NCBI GenBank assembly: GCA_964035545.1
Contig: OZ037767.1
Location: 17,233,781-17,297,780, forward strand
Length of the DNA: 64,000 nucleotides
Direction of reading: 5' to 3'
From: Bugula neritina
Lineage: Eukaryota > Animalia > Bryozoa
In this document: one piece after another, positions 40,827 through 53,500 of the stretch
How the letters are laid out: the number at the start of each line of letters is the position of its first letter
How positions within the stretch are numbered: position 1 is the first letter of the stretch
The notes under the pieces: model-generated
What the model was told of the DNA's origin: nothing
The model's input: the letters and a program-made list of their open reading frames with translations, nothing else
The model's database searches: none
Position numbers and translations under genes: made by a program

Positions 40827-41705
40827 CTAAACTACATTTTGAGAGAAATTTATGATATTGTTAGTGAGGATGCCCTTAACTATCCTGTGTAGTTTCCGTT
40901 TAATCTGGCCTACTGATCCTTTTAGTTGGAAAAGCCCCGTCGTAGTATTAAGTAGATCTGGTGCTAACTGGGTAAGTTCTTCTTGTAGTCGAAGGAGGCG
41001 TTCCTCTACTGTGGCCAGGCGAACTGGGTCTGGGGACGGTGTCCGTCTGCGGCGCAGAGGGGGACTGGGAGACCTGGTTCGTCTCTTCATCGGGGTAGGG
41101 AAGACCTCTCCTTCTTCTGGATAGGCAAACTCGTCGGGGGTGTACACCATCTGAGGGCGGTCAGATACCAATGGGGATTGTTGTCTGGCATAGTCTAATA
41201 CGCGTTGGAAACCCGAGGTCAGGACGGCCAACAACATTGTCTTCTTTACTAGGGGTCGTATCAGGGTGAGGAATTCCGGATAGAGCTTGGCATCGACCAC
41301 ATAATTCTCTCCAGAGAAACAGCCTGCCGCTCGATGTCTGGTGACGGGGTAGGGGTAAACATCATTGTATCCGCAGGGGCAGAATGTGAGTAGGAGATGG
41401 GCGTTGACATGTAGCTTCAAGGAGCGGTGAGAGGCACATTCTTCGCCACAAATCTGGCATCGCGTCCGTCCTCTGGACCCCCAGGCCGTTTCTATTTCCT
41501 CCTCTGTTTCTGGAGACACCCACCGCCAACGGCGGCGCAGCGGCTCGGGTCGGTCACCATTGGCATACTCCTCAGGATGCGGAGCGGGAAGTGCTCTATC
41601 CCGTACCCTGGTTGTAGCGGGTCGAGTGTAATCTGAAAAAGTTTCAACAGTGTTAATACAGTACACTGCCGTGTTGTCAGCTTGAATAGCTTGGCAACTC
41701 CTCAT
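40827..41705 (-). CDS. accessory ORF3 of the Gypsy element: C2H2-like zinc finger, second Cys/His cluster, Arg/Ser/Pro-rich patch, coiled coil (292 aa)
   Basis: CQICGEECASHRSLKLHVNAH; FCPCG...RHRAAGC; KRRTRSPSPPLRRRRTPSP; VEERLLRLQEELTQL. Intact ORF between integrase and the 3' LTR, same strand. Confidence 0.7.
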   Translation of the reverse strand: MRSCQAIQADNTAVYCINTVETFSDYTRPATTRVRDRALPAPHPEEYANGDRPEPLRRRWRWVSPETEEEIETAWGSRGRTRCQICGEECASHRSLKLHVNAHLLLTFCPCGYNDVYPYPVTRHRAAGCFSGENYVVDAKLYPEFLTLIRPLVKKTMLLAVLTSGFQRVLDYARQQSPLVSDRPQMVYTPDEFAYPEEGEVFPTPMKRRTRSPSPPLRRRRTPSPDPVRLATVEERLLRLQEELTQLAPDLLNTTTGLFQLKGSVGQIKRKLHRIVKGILTNNIINFSQNVV

Positions 41706-42159
41706 TCAGTTACCTCGTAGATATTTATGGTAGTGAATAGTCAGATAGAACACGTATTGCAATGAGATTATAACAAATCTCTAAGTCAAACTGAGTTCTT
41801 ACTACGGTATTTCACTAACCTATCTCCAGCTCGATTGACTCAGTGAGTCGGAGCTGAGCGATGCAATCTAGTTTCCATATTAAGATATAGTTAACTCACC
41901 CCACGATCTGTTGTCGTAAGACATACTAAATGTGTGAAATGGTTTGAACTACTGCTTAGAAATACGTCTACTCCTGACTGCATCAGCGTATGAAAAGATC
42001 GAGCAACGTGGTTGGGGTGCGTGATTAAGACTTTGTGCACCCGGCGGATGAATTTTGTTTCTATTTCCGCCGATACAAAAGTTGATATTTTCGTGGTGTT
42101 GACAACTCCCACATTTGCTCGATACTTTTCTCGTACAATTTTCCCCTAGACTTTCATAT

Positions 42160-45100
42160 GCGCCGCTTCTAACGCAGTCGCATACGAAGTCCTTCAAGTA
42201 TGCGGGGGGTTGCCTCGTACGCTGCCCTTTTCTAGGGGGGGTGACACGCTCGCCGGTTCGTTAGTAGGGGCCTCTAATGGCGTCTCTACTTCACCGTTAG
42301 TGGTCACCTCTTCTTGTTCTCCGGATGGAGCCCCTCCCTCCGTGGGGGTTTGCACTTCCGGAACCGGCTCGGTTTCTGGAAGTGATGGAATTAGACTTGG
42401 CGGTGGCGGACACGCTTCCGTTGGCAAAAGCTGTCGCTCCTCTCTCACCAAGTTTTCTTCCTGCGGTATGACCACTTCGTATTCAGGTCCATGCCGCCGT
42501 CGCCCGCGCGTTGTTGTCTGCTTCCTGGGCTCCAACAACGGGGGGGCTTCTCCCACTGCGTCGGGGCTAGCCCAATACGGTTTCAAGCGAGACTCATTCT
42601 GGATAGACACCTGTCCTGAGCGCTCAATCTTGTACGTATGATTGGGCATAGCCTCGACGATCACGTAGGGTCTTACGAACTTAGGCTTTAGTTTGTCAGC
42701 CTGTCCGCGACGCCTACGGTAATTGACCATCCACACCTTATCTCCCGTTTGGTAGAGAGGTGGTTCATCGGAATCTTCGTGTCGCACCTTCCACTGCTGT
42801 TCGCGCAGTATATCGTGTGCGGCCTTCATCCGTTCCACTAGTTCACTGGCATACTCGTGAACCGAGTTGTCTTGCTCTGGAACGTGGTAGGTAAGATGGT
42901 CAGGGACACGGGTCTCTCTCCCGAGCATCAAGAGGTTTGGGGTTTCACCAGTACTGGTGTGTGGGGTGCTACGGTATGCACGCATGACTTGCGGCAACAC
43001 CGTATCCCATTCCTCTTGGCCTCGTCCGAGGAGGAGACTCTGGAGCGCATCACCTAGCATCCGGTTGTTGCGCTCCACCACCCCGTTACCTTGAGGGTGG
43101 TAGGGGGTGGTCCGGCTCTGATTTACTCCCCAGAGGTGGCAAAGGTCGCTCATCAGTTGAGACTGAAATTGAGCGCCTTGATCAGAGTGTATCTGTTCGG
43201 GGAGACCAAAATAACAGAATACATGTTGGTCTAGTGCCCTGGCCACTGTTGGGGCTGACGCATCTGGGATAGCCAGAGCATCCGCCCACCTAGTAAAGTG
43301 GTCGGTTAGTACTAAGATCCAACTATTGCCTCTGGGGGTCAGGGGCATGGGTCCGACCAGGTCTACAGCGACTACTTGCCAGGGCCTTCCAGCATATAGC
43401 CTCCGCCGTCCTGCTTCACCAGGGGGGCGGCTATGTTTACTGGCCTGGCAGATCTCACACTGTTTGACTCTGAGTCGGACGTCACGCTCCATTTGTGGCC
43501 AATACCACCGGAGTCGTAATTTGGATATCACTCTCTTGACCCCTGCGTGGGCCTGTTTGTGAGTATCCCAAATCAACTCACGGCGGATGGCAGTGGGGCA
43601 GACTACCCTCTTCCTCTCCGGGTGTCTGCCGCTGGCGGCTAGAGAGATGGTTAGTAACCCATCCTGCCCGATCCGCAGCGAGTCCCAACGCTGACAGTAT
43701 AGCCGGAACTCGGCGCATCCCTGTCGTATGCGTTCCTCGCTGGGTCGTCGTCCTTCCCTTTTTGGCCCGATATGTGTCTGCCACGACTCCAGGCAGCTCT
43801 TCTTGGAGCTTTTTTAGCTCTCGAACATTACCGGCCAGTACAGGGTTGGCGCGGAGGTTTTGTACACCCTCCGGGGACTCATCAACTTCCTGTCTGAGTT
43901 GACCTTGGTCCCAGTCAAACGGTGCTCCGTGGTGAGCCAGCGTCTCCAACTCGCATCGCGGGGGACCTCCATCCCTCCTCTCGATGTTGAGACACTGTTT
44001 GCAACCTCCGTCAGGTCGGCGACTCAACCCATCCGCATTGCTGTGTCTCTTGCCCGGTCGATGTTCGATCCGGTATGAGAATTCAGCTAGGATTTCGAGC
44101 CACCGGGCGACCTGACTAGAGGGCTCTGCTCTCTTGCACAACCAGATCAGCGAGGCATGATCCGTACGCAGCCGGAACTTCCTGCCATATAGGTATGGTC
44201 TGAAGTGCTTCACTGACTTGATTACTGCCAGCAGCTCCTTGCGGGTAGTGCAGTAATTTCGTTCAGTGGGTGAGAGAGACTTGCTGTAGTAGGCTACTAC
44301 TACTTCTCGGCCTTCCTGCACTTGTGACAGCACAGCGCCAACATTTTGGTCACTGGCGTCAGTGTCGAGGATGTACTCCAGAGTGGGGTCTGGGTAGGCC
44401 AAGATGGGCGCCGTTAGTAGGCAGCCCTTGAGGCGGTCGAACGCTCCTTGTTCGACTGGGGTCCACTGCCATGTCACTCCCTTTGCGGTGAGCCGGTTTA
44501 ACGGCTGTGCTATGCCCGCAAAGTCTGGTATGTATTGTCTGTAATACCCTACCAGCCCCAAGAAAGCCCGGAGTCCGGTCAAGTCTTGGGGGGTGACCCA
44601 GTCTTCTATTGCCCGCACCTTCTCGGGATCCGTTGCCACGCCGTTTCGACCGACAACGTGCCCCAGGTACTTAACCTCTGGCTGCAATAGAGTGCACTTA
44701 GAAGGTTTGAGCTTAAGACTGGCACCTCGGAGTCCCTCGAAAACCTCCTGCAGACGACTGACATGTGTCTCGAAGTCTGGGGAGATCACGATGACATCAT
44801 CGAGGTAGATCAGCAGTGTCTTCCAATGGAGCCCGCTGAGGACTTGCTCCATCAGCCTCTGGAAGGTGGCTGGAGCGGAGGTCAACCCGAAAGGCAACAC
44901 CTTCCACTTCCACAACCCGTCCCGTGTGATAAACGCCGCCTTTCCCTGGGCGTCGGGACTTAGAGGGACTTGCCAATAGCCACTCAGCAAGTCTAACGTA
45001 CTGAAGTACTTGCTGCCGGCTAGGGCGTCCAACGACTCGTCAATACGAGGTAGAGGGTAGGCGTCCTGTATGGTTACGCTATTGAGTTTGCGGTAATCCA

Positions 45101-46514
45101 CACAGAACCGCCAACTGCCGTCTTTCTTCCAGACCAGCACGACCGGCGAGCTCCACGCACTATGGGCGGGCTCTATCAGTCCCCGGTCCAGAAGATCCGG
45201 TACTTGTCGGCTAACCTCCTTCTCTTTCTCCGGCCCCAGTCTGCGTGTGGGCTGCCGGACAGGGACTGTCCCTGCAGTCAGCGGTATTTCGTGTCTGACA
45301 ATTCCAGTCAGTCCCACGTCATGATCTCCGCCGCTGAACACATCACCGTAGTTGCGTAGTAACTTCGCCATAACTTGGCGTTCTCTGTTACTCGTGCAGC
45401 CGCTACAGGCTGTGTCATACAACTCCCGGAGATGTGCTGGGACTGTCCCTCGCCCTTGAGTAGGGCACTGAGGGAGTGCATCTGTCGCATCACCCAGCGA
45501 CGGGCCTACGTCCTCCTCCTGAACAGAGTGAAAACGGCCCAGCATCGACCCAGCCGGAAGCTTGACAGACTCGGTAAAGGGGTTGACGCACTGCAGTAAG
45601 ATCTCCCCTTGCTCAGTCAGCTGATTCAGACTGCTGGCAAGTTGGATCTTTTCGTGCGCGCCTTCAACTACCCCGAGTCCAGAGATCCGGCTATTGTTCA
45701 CCCTGCAGTGAATGGTAGCCCGGGAGCGGCCTGGTATGGTACGGTTGCGTACCACTTGCACACCTCCCACTAAAAGGCGGCCGAACTTGTCGACGCAGGC
45801 GAGTTCTCGCCCGGACATCATCATCGCAGATTTGCTAAAATCGATGTGACATCCGTGCCGTTTTAGGAATGGCATCCCGAGGATGGCGTCCTCCTTGAGC
45901 TGACTGACGATGAACGTCTCTTAGATCGTTTGATCACGGACTCGTCCCGTCAGCTCAATTATACCATAGAAGGGAAGGCACGACCCGTCAGCTAGGGTGC
46001 CGTACTCCCCTTCGTATGATTCCATCTCGCCCCTGACCCTAGCACTGAGGGTGTCGAAGAGTTGGCGGCTCAAGAGGTTCGTGGTGCAGCCCAAATCAAT
46101 GAGGAAAGTAACAGCTTTGCCTTCCAGTTTACCGGGCAAGAAATAGCTGTTCCCATGGGGCTGCACCTGAACTCTCCCTTCAGGCCTTACTCTCGCAGGG
46201 AGTACCTCCCTCGCTTTGGGTCGCGAAGGAGGTCTCTTGGGGCGGTGGTAAGTAGGCCTCGGGGGTGCCGAGGCTAGATTCCCGGCTACCTTTGTGGGCT
46301 CCCATCCAGATTCTTGGGCTTGTAGCCCTGCGAATCTGTTGTGAAGGGTCATGGAAAAGGTAGCGGCGGGGCGGAGCCCCTTGCTGGTCCGTCGTGGCTG
46401 TTGCCACGGTTGGTTACCAGTACGCGGTACCCGCCTGGGTGACCTGCGTTTCTTCTTCCCTGGAGGTTTCATCGTCGGCCCGCAGGAGGTGGGAACATCT
46501 GCGGGCCGCGGTAG
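42160..46514 (-). pseudogene. pol: Gypsy pol (protease, RT, RNase H, integrase), disrupted
   Basis: Protease FLIDLGC; in-frame TAA at 45921-45923; RT LPFGL/YLDD; RNase H DTDAS, KELLA, TDH, NADGLSR. Frameshift near 43760 before the integrase (H-H-C-C, VDLVGP, HSDQG, VERNNR) and a second near 42230 before RQPPAYLKDFV. Confidence 0.92.
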
Positions 46515-46520
46515 TTTAAC
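46456..46520 (-). promoter_or_regulatory. -1 ribosomal frameshift signal gag/pol
   Basis: Slippery G_TTA_AAC (46520-46514), 5-nt spacer, 10-bp stem CGGCCCGCAG/CTGCGGGCCG; the protease ORF is in the -1 frame. Confidence 0.8.
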
Positions 46521-47422
46521 CCCTGATTTAGGAAGGGACAGTATCGGCGGAAATGTCCTTGATTTCCGCACTCCCAGCAAAAACTGACTGTTTCTCCCTG
46601 TGGCGGCGCCGGTGGCCGCACGGGCTCAGTGGCGGTACTCACTGGGGTTTGGGGTGTCAGTGTTGCTATCAGTTTGGCCAGCATGTCTGTCAGTTGAGTG
46701 ACTTTCGATGCCGTCGCCAGCTGGGACACGGCAGCCGCGGCGGGGGTTTCCTCCCCTTGTCCCGCGGCCGTGTCCGCGCGGTCTACCTCCACTTGACGGG
46801 AGCTCCCGCGACTTTTATGCATTTGATTAGCTAGGAGGTAAGCTTCTCCCTCAGTCAGAGCGTCTTCAACGGTGGTGACTCCCCTAGCTAGAAACTGGTG
46901 GTGGAGACCCAAATCGTCGACAGATGCTATGAAAGCGTCGAGAGTATACCTCTCGCGGTTGACTGGGGGCAAGTTGCTGTACGCGATCTGTGCCAGCTTC
47001 ATGACTGCGGCGGCGTGCTCCCGCAGCGGGGTGCGGGGATCACGCCGCAACCTCTGCAATCGGGCCCTGGCATCTGTAGCAGAGAGGCCGAAGCGGGCCC
47101 GCAGAGAAGCAAAGATATTATCAATGTCTACGCCCAGCCCATAAGGCTTGGCTTTGTCCATCAATGCCATTCTAAGCTTCAGCAAGGCCACCCTAGGGGG
47201 CCACTGGGCGACGTCCATTACGTCGCTAAACTCTTGGATAAATTGTTCCACCTCCTCTTCGCCCGTGAAGGTGGGCGCCTTTAACCGGTAGCGGTCTTCA
47301 GTTAGTTCTCGCGGAACCCTTCGCTCTTCTACTACATGGTTAACAGGCATTGTCTCTACAGCATTGTCTCTACGCTCACCTTCTACTGCCAGTGGTTGTG
47401 TTCCAGCATTTTCAGTCTCCAT
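46469..47422 (-). CDS. gag: Gypsy Gag with CCHC zinc knuckle (317 aa)
   Basis: KAPTFTGEEEVEQFI capsid-like start and CWECGNQGHFRRYC knuckle; lies immediately after the PBS. Confidence 0.92.
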   Translation of the reverse strand: METENAGTQPLAVEGERRDNAVETMPVNHVVEERRVPRELTEDRYRLKAPTFTGEEEVEQFIQEFSDVMDVAQWPPRVALLKLRMALMDKAKPYGLGVDIDNIFASLRARFGLSATDARARLQRLRRDPRTPLREHAAAVMKLAQIAYSNLPPVNRERYTLDAFIASVDDLGLHHQFLARGVTTVEDALTEGEAYLLANQMHKSRGSSRQVEVDRADTAAGQGEETPAAAAVSQLATASKVTQLTDMLAKLIATLTPQTPVSTATEPVRPPAPPQGETVSFCWECGNQGHFRRYCPFLNQGLNYRGPQMFPPPAGRR

Positions 47423-47434
47423 CTTAGATGCACT

Positions 47435-47452
47435 ATCCCACCGCTGCCACCA
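47435..47452 (-). promoter_or_regulatory. primer binding site complementary to the tRNA-Leu 3' end
   Basis: TGGTGGCAGCGGTGGGAT one base inside the 5' LTR; its complement ATCCCACCGCTGCCACCA is the 3' end of eukaryotic tRNA-Leu(AAG/TAG). Confidence 0.88.
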
Positions 47453-47984
47453 CTGTTATATTTTTCAGATTTAGGGTTGATATGCTATCCAGAGAGTCTA
47501 ATTACTTGCTATAGAACTGCACCAGGATAAGTCGAGTGAACGAGTATATATTTTACACACAATAATACATTATAAAAACGATACAAACACATCTGACAAT
47601 TTACACATCTAGTCTATTCAGCACTCTAACTTCGACTGAGTTAGCAGCGGGAAACTATAATTGCTGCTAACTATTAAACACGCTAATTGGCTATCCATTG
47701 TTCCGGGTCAATTACGCGACCCTACATGTTGTGCTGCTGGTAGCTCCACGAGCCACCACACTATGCTATACACTGATTATACTTATCATACTATACACTA
47801 AAGTATACTATACTATGCTATACACTGATTATACTGATCATACTATACACTAAAGTATACTATACTATGCTATACACTGATTATACTGATCAAACTATAC
47901 ACTAAAGTATACTATATATATTATAAAACAGAAAACTTTATATTATTATGATGACCTATGTGTTAGTCATTAAACAGATTGCAT

Positions 47985-48292
47985 TGTAGTCAAACTGTAT
48001 TACGGCATTCCTTCATGCTGCTCACAAATGCCACACGGTTAGATGCCAGCCGCGATGGCATGAACAAATCAACATCAAGCTCTCTTTTATAAGCTGGACA
48101 TTCTGATTGCCCAGACACTTGGTTACTGGGACTACTACTGAGCTTACTAATTTATAACTTTTAATAATATTGTTTAAACTTTTATCTTGATGTAATTGTA
48201 ATTGTTTAGTATTGTAAATATAATTCTTCTCTCAAGGATTGCAATCCCAGTTCTCTCTCTTAAACACACAAAGAGTATGTTCTAGCCTTACA
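47985..48292 (+). mobile_element. possible second solo LTR (TGTAGT...CCTTACA, 308 bp); truncated paralogue at 63625-~63925
   Basis: Same termini as 36158-36783, with a TATA-like TTTTATAAG; no TSD. Confidence 0.3.
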
Positions 48293-50577
48293 ACCCATGC
48301 ATGATCTACAACTTAGAAGTTTATTGCACAAAACTACGACAATATCAACCAACAGAGTAGAATACAAGTAGTTGTAGAGAACTTCAGTAATAAAGTTGAG
48401 AAACATGCTGTAGTGAGCACAGTATATAGGCTGTAGAGTAGTAACACTGTACTGATTCTATGTCGACTATAGATCTCATTGAGTGGTTGTAATCAATGAT
48501 GTCTACATCTTATAGACAATCACTTTGATGTGTGAATCTAATTCAGTTCACATCTTCTGAATCACTCGACATTAGAATTTTATGTGTAGAAAGACCTTGT
48601 GTAGATATGATAAACTTCACTAATACAATGAAAGTATACTTCTCTGAAACCATATATTATATTGACTTTGTATATTGCAAAGTGATGTCTACAATACATC
48701 CTACTGTATCCTTTGTATAACTAGTAGCCTACGTGTAGTAGTAGTAGTTTACTAATATTACCGGAGTTACCCTTATACACTACTAACTTAGCTTATAATA
48801 ACATATTTACTCACCTGATATAGTAGTATCTATTCTATCATACTTAGTGGATAGTTTGTCTTTTACTACTTTGTATACTGAAGTGTTACTACTATAACTA
48901 TGCAATCTGTACTATCCACTTATACTAACGATACAGTTTCGTTATGCAGGAAGTTTGAGATGTGATGCATGGGGAATTCCATTTCCCTAGTAATGAGTAA
49001 TGTTGGGAAATTCCCATTTCCCTTGTATTACTCTCTACTGTCAACTACTGTCATTAAGCATGTTGAATGATGAGGGCATTTGATTTATTATTGAAAGACA
49101 CCACGATTGGCTACGTAGTCATTACTTTCATACATAAACATAATATACAGTGTTATTATTGTCTGCAGTATCAAAGAGTGAACTTCTCTGTGATGGTGAT
49201 GAAACTCTTGATTCTAACTATTGCATCATATCAACTACCATATACTATAAAACTACCCACCATTTACCCACCATTTACTCGCCTACTACAAGATTACCCA
49301 CTTCAATGAAAAATTACAGTAACTGCAATTGAAATATGAATTGGCTTACAAATTCAGCTTACTCATCTGATTATAAACAGAAATTGATGTTTTTACCCAA
49401 CGATATTTAATACGTTAATATCTAATATATATTTATTATTAAAATACACTTTAACGCTTATACATTGATATATCTGCTGTTATAATTCAAGAAGTTTTGA
49501 TATGAATAAATAGTTTGCGGTAACATTTATTTAGTCTAATAAACTGTTTAGTGTCATATTCTGAGACTTAGTCTCTGTCAGATCATGGTGCTGAGACACT
49601 CTGTGGTCTATTTATTGACTAGGAAAGGCAGGTGGTTGACAGGAGCTTTAAGTTATCTCTCCTGTATATATTATATGACATCTGTTTCAGCTTTATGCAG
49701 CTCTACTGACAGCCAACTGTGTAAATCAAATGAATTTCAGAGCTTATATAAGTTAGAATGATGTGTTTATACTTTGTGTGTAAAATATCTTTGGGCTACA
49801 GATTGGAAGATAAATACAAGGAGTTAAGTAACAGATTAGTTTATATTTGAAATATTTTAATTAAAGTGAGAAAACCAGATACACAAATAATAATGAAGCA
49901 AAGAAAATGTAGTAATATAGACATATAATATGATAAATGAGTAATATAAACATATATGATAAAGGAGTAACATAAACAGATATGATAGATGAGCAATATA
50001 AACATATATGATGAATGAGTAATATAAACATATATGATAAATGAATAATATAAACATATATGATAAATGAGTAATATAAACATATATGATAAAGGAGTAA
50101 TATAGACATATATGATAAATGAGTAATATAAACATATATGATAGAGAAGTAATATAAACATATATGATAAAGGAGTAGTATAAACATATAATATGATAAA
50201 GGAGTAATATAAACATATATGATAAAGGAGTAATATAAACACACTGGAAATAAACTTTGCTTTAAGTTTTGTGTTGTCAAAAATAGTAAAAAGAATAGAT
50301 AGCAATAAACATCTGAAAGGATATCCCAGCTGTCAATATTATGTGAATAAACAGAATATAAAATGCTGAAATAAATTGAATGGTATAGTTACTTCATTTC
50401 ATAACTGGAATACAGACATTATGATGCAGCAAGTTTATCTCAGGTAAATTCTGCAACATTCACTTTCGGGTTCCTAAATGTCGTAGGAAAACAGTTTCGT
50501 TATAAAATACATATTTTGATGAGTTTTGAACAAATGAAGATAGTCTGCGTATAGGTCAATAGTTCACAATTCTCCCA

Positions 50578-53500
50578 TCACTTCTTCATTCCAAATAATA
50601 TGGTAAGTCTTCCAGCTTTGGCTGCTTCTTTAACTTTAGACCAATCAGTGAGCTCTTCACACTGAGATCCAAGTGCAGACAACCCTCCTTTCTTTGAACT
50701 GTCCATCCAGTTTCCAACAACCTGTATAAAGTGTCAACAAGGTGTCAATATAACACCATAGTGTCTGCATCGTACAAGAGAAAGAAATACAACAATTCAG
50801 GTGTGAAAAAACGTTTACTAGAATAAAGATACTCAGATATAAACTCACACACATAATCTACATGATAAACTAATGGCCATGTATAACAGAGGGAACATAA
50901 CTCTTAACACTATATATAAAATGGGGTACAAGACAAAACCTCATCTAACTTGTCTTTATCCAGTACACTCAGATAGTAGATGTATCTGAATCTATCAATA
51001 GTTTTACGGCATTTCCCTGTTGGTTTAAGAGCATCATGTATAGATTTGGCTCTCTTACTAGTAAGTTGTTTATGTACATATTCCATCAATTGTATAGCCT
51101 GTACTGGTGTTTGTACTGCAAGGAACACAGGGTAAAATAGGAATATTAACAATACAATATAGGATATCTTTTTACGCAATAATTAATGTGCTGGTGGCAA
51201 TTGGTATTTGTGTAGCTGCATAGAAAATCATGTCTCAATATATAAAAAGAAATTTAGACAATACAATTACTGTTGATGACGGAATGTGTGGGTAAACTGT
51301 AATACACTATTGAGAGTTGTCTCACCGTATTGGAAACTAGTTGCTACATTAGAAGTGGAGGGTGCATTGTTAAGAGCCGGAGTATCACAGATTCTCTCTG
51401 AAAACATAACAGAATAAAAGTTTGACATTGGAATCACACAACTTTGTATGATTTTGCTCCAGCTGTTCTAGTTTGTCACAACAGCATGTCAAGTGCTAGT
51501 TAGAATATGAACTACATAGAAATATGCTCCTGTAATAACAATTATATATTATATCCTAACCAACTATAGGAGTACTGACACAGCTGTGTATATAAATCTT
51601 ATCAGTAAATCCCTCAATATCTTTACATGTATGTATATATATGATTCCAGAAGTTGTGTAATTACTAACTCATTACTTTAACCAACCTGTTACTAGAGTT
51701 CTTTGATCTCCAACAACTACAGAGAATGGAATATCCACTTCACCAAGCATGATTGAGTCAGTGTACTCAGAAAGTTCTAGAATAATAATCACAATGAGTT
51801 TATAACTGAGAGAGAGATGATGTATAATATAATAGCATATGATGAATAGCACATAACAGATAGTTGAAGATATGTATATCCAGGTTTAGTAAAACTTTAC
51901 CATCATTTAGAACAAGACAGGTGACTCTAGGCCGACATTCCTTTCCAATCAGAAGGAGAAAACTCTCAATAGTCATGTCATCTCTGAATGGGAATATCTT
52001 GTTCCCAGATTTGATTTTCAAAGTGAGTTTATTGTATCTAACAGCACCTGTACCAGTCATATGAAACAGAATTATAACTAAGTTCAGTAGAGTAAAGAAA
52101 TAACAATAATAGAAAAGTAATCAATCAAATGAAGTCACTCACATTGAGTTGTGACGGCAGGTATAGTCTGCTCAGGTGTGACTTCTACGTCCTGAAGTAG
52201 TCCCACAGTCTCAGGTACTTCCTGTGATGAAGGCTCTGTACTAACTAGTGTTTGAGTATCTTGTACATGTGGTGATTCAGAATACTCACTGGTCATAGGA
52301 AAGTCAGCATTGCCAGCATCTGTATCAACATAATAGTTGTCAATTACAATAAAACAATAACTGTTTTAGGATTATCTCCATATGTTTTGTTTTGTAATTG
52401 AAATTGGAAGTTGTATGAAACACATGGGATGTTTATGACAATGCAATAGCTATTTCATTTGCTGCTCTTTGACCCTAAAGACAATATTTTAATGATTTAT
52501 TCCAGAAGATAAAATATATTATACCCGAGCTTCTAGAGACTTTGGATGTTGAGGGGAATACATCATTATAGAGTGGTCTTTTACTTCCAGATGGTGTGTC
52601 TGACTTGTTACTCAGTGTAGTAACTCGAACAGATGAGGTGCTCTCTTGTGATGGAGGTACTGAACTACTGCTCTCATTGGCTGTGGTATGGGGTGTCAAG
52701 GTCACTGGTACAGATGTCAGAGAAGATACATTCTCACTAAAAGATGAGTCAGTGAGACCAAGCTGTGACACTGGATGATGAAACTGAGAGTTGGAGTTCT
52801 GCCAGTAGTTGAATGTCTGATCAGTTTCTGGTAGAGCTGCTGGTTGCATATCTGTGTACTTCTTTGGTGTTGGTGTGGGCTGTGAGATGTTTTCATTGTG
52901 ATACCGTTGCTGTGTTAGAAATAAGAAAGGTTGTGAGCTTGGAAGTGGAGGATTGAAAGGTGAATATTCTGGAGAATGGTGGAAGGTTGGAGCATTCTCT
53001 GGAGTAGATTGAGAGGGTAGACTGATGTGGCTGGCTGGTGTTGGCGTCAACTGTGGAGTAGAAGGTGTGGGTTGGACTGGTCGAGTGGTGGAGTAGTTTG
53101 ACAGACTCAGCTGTGGTGGGACTTGCAGGCTATTTTGTATTGGTAAGGTTAAATCAAGGAGAGATGGTTGAAGATCCAACGGAAGTGAATTGTGCTGGTC
53201 AGTTACTGGTTGAGGTGTGAACCATCTGGAAGGTTCTAAAGAGCCAGACTCAGCAGGCAGCAGTTGATTGTAGATGAGGTTGCTGTTTTCCAATAAGCTA
53301 TTGGCTTCCTGAATCTCTAAAATATAAAATATATTGCATTACCTGAGGTTATTTTAAAGGCTGTGAGTAACTATATACAAGCATTTTTTTTCTCCAAGCC
53401 ATTTTACCAATATATATTACCAAACTAAGTTTAAAATCTTAATTCAGTTAGCTCATAATCTATTAGCTGTATAAAACAAATTATTAGCATTGAGATAAAA

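Larger units (their letters stand above)
39493..47760 (-). mobile_element. full-length Ty3/Gypsy LTR retrotransposon (defective pol)
   Basis: LTRs 47760-47454 and 39801-39493 (TG...CA, near identical), 4-bp TSD CTAT, PBS, G-rich PPT at ~39802-39812, and domain order gag-PR-RT-RH-IN. Confidence 0.98.

Noticed and set aside
33065-45875. Diversity-generating retroelement (RT near a variable-repeat gene)
   Set aside because: The RT is an ordinary Gypsy pol bounded by LTRs and a TSD and is present beside only one copy; no template/variable repeat pair was seen.
42210-47530. Plus-strand ORFs within the retrotransposon
   Set aside because: Antisense shadows of GC-rich gag/pol with no recognisable motifs.
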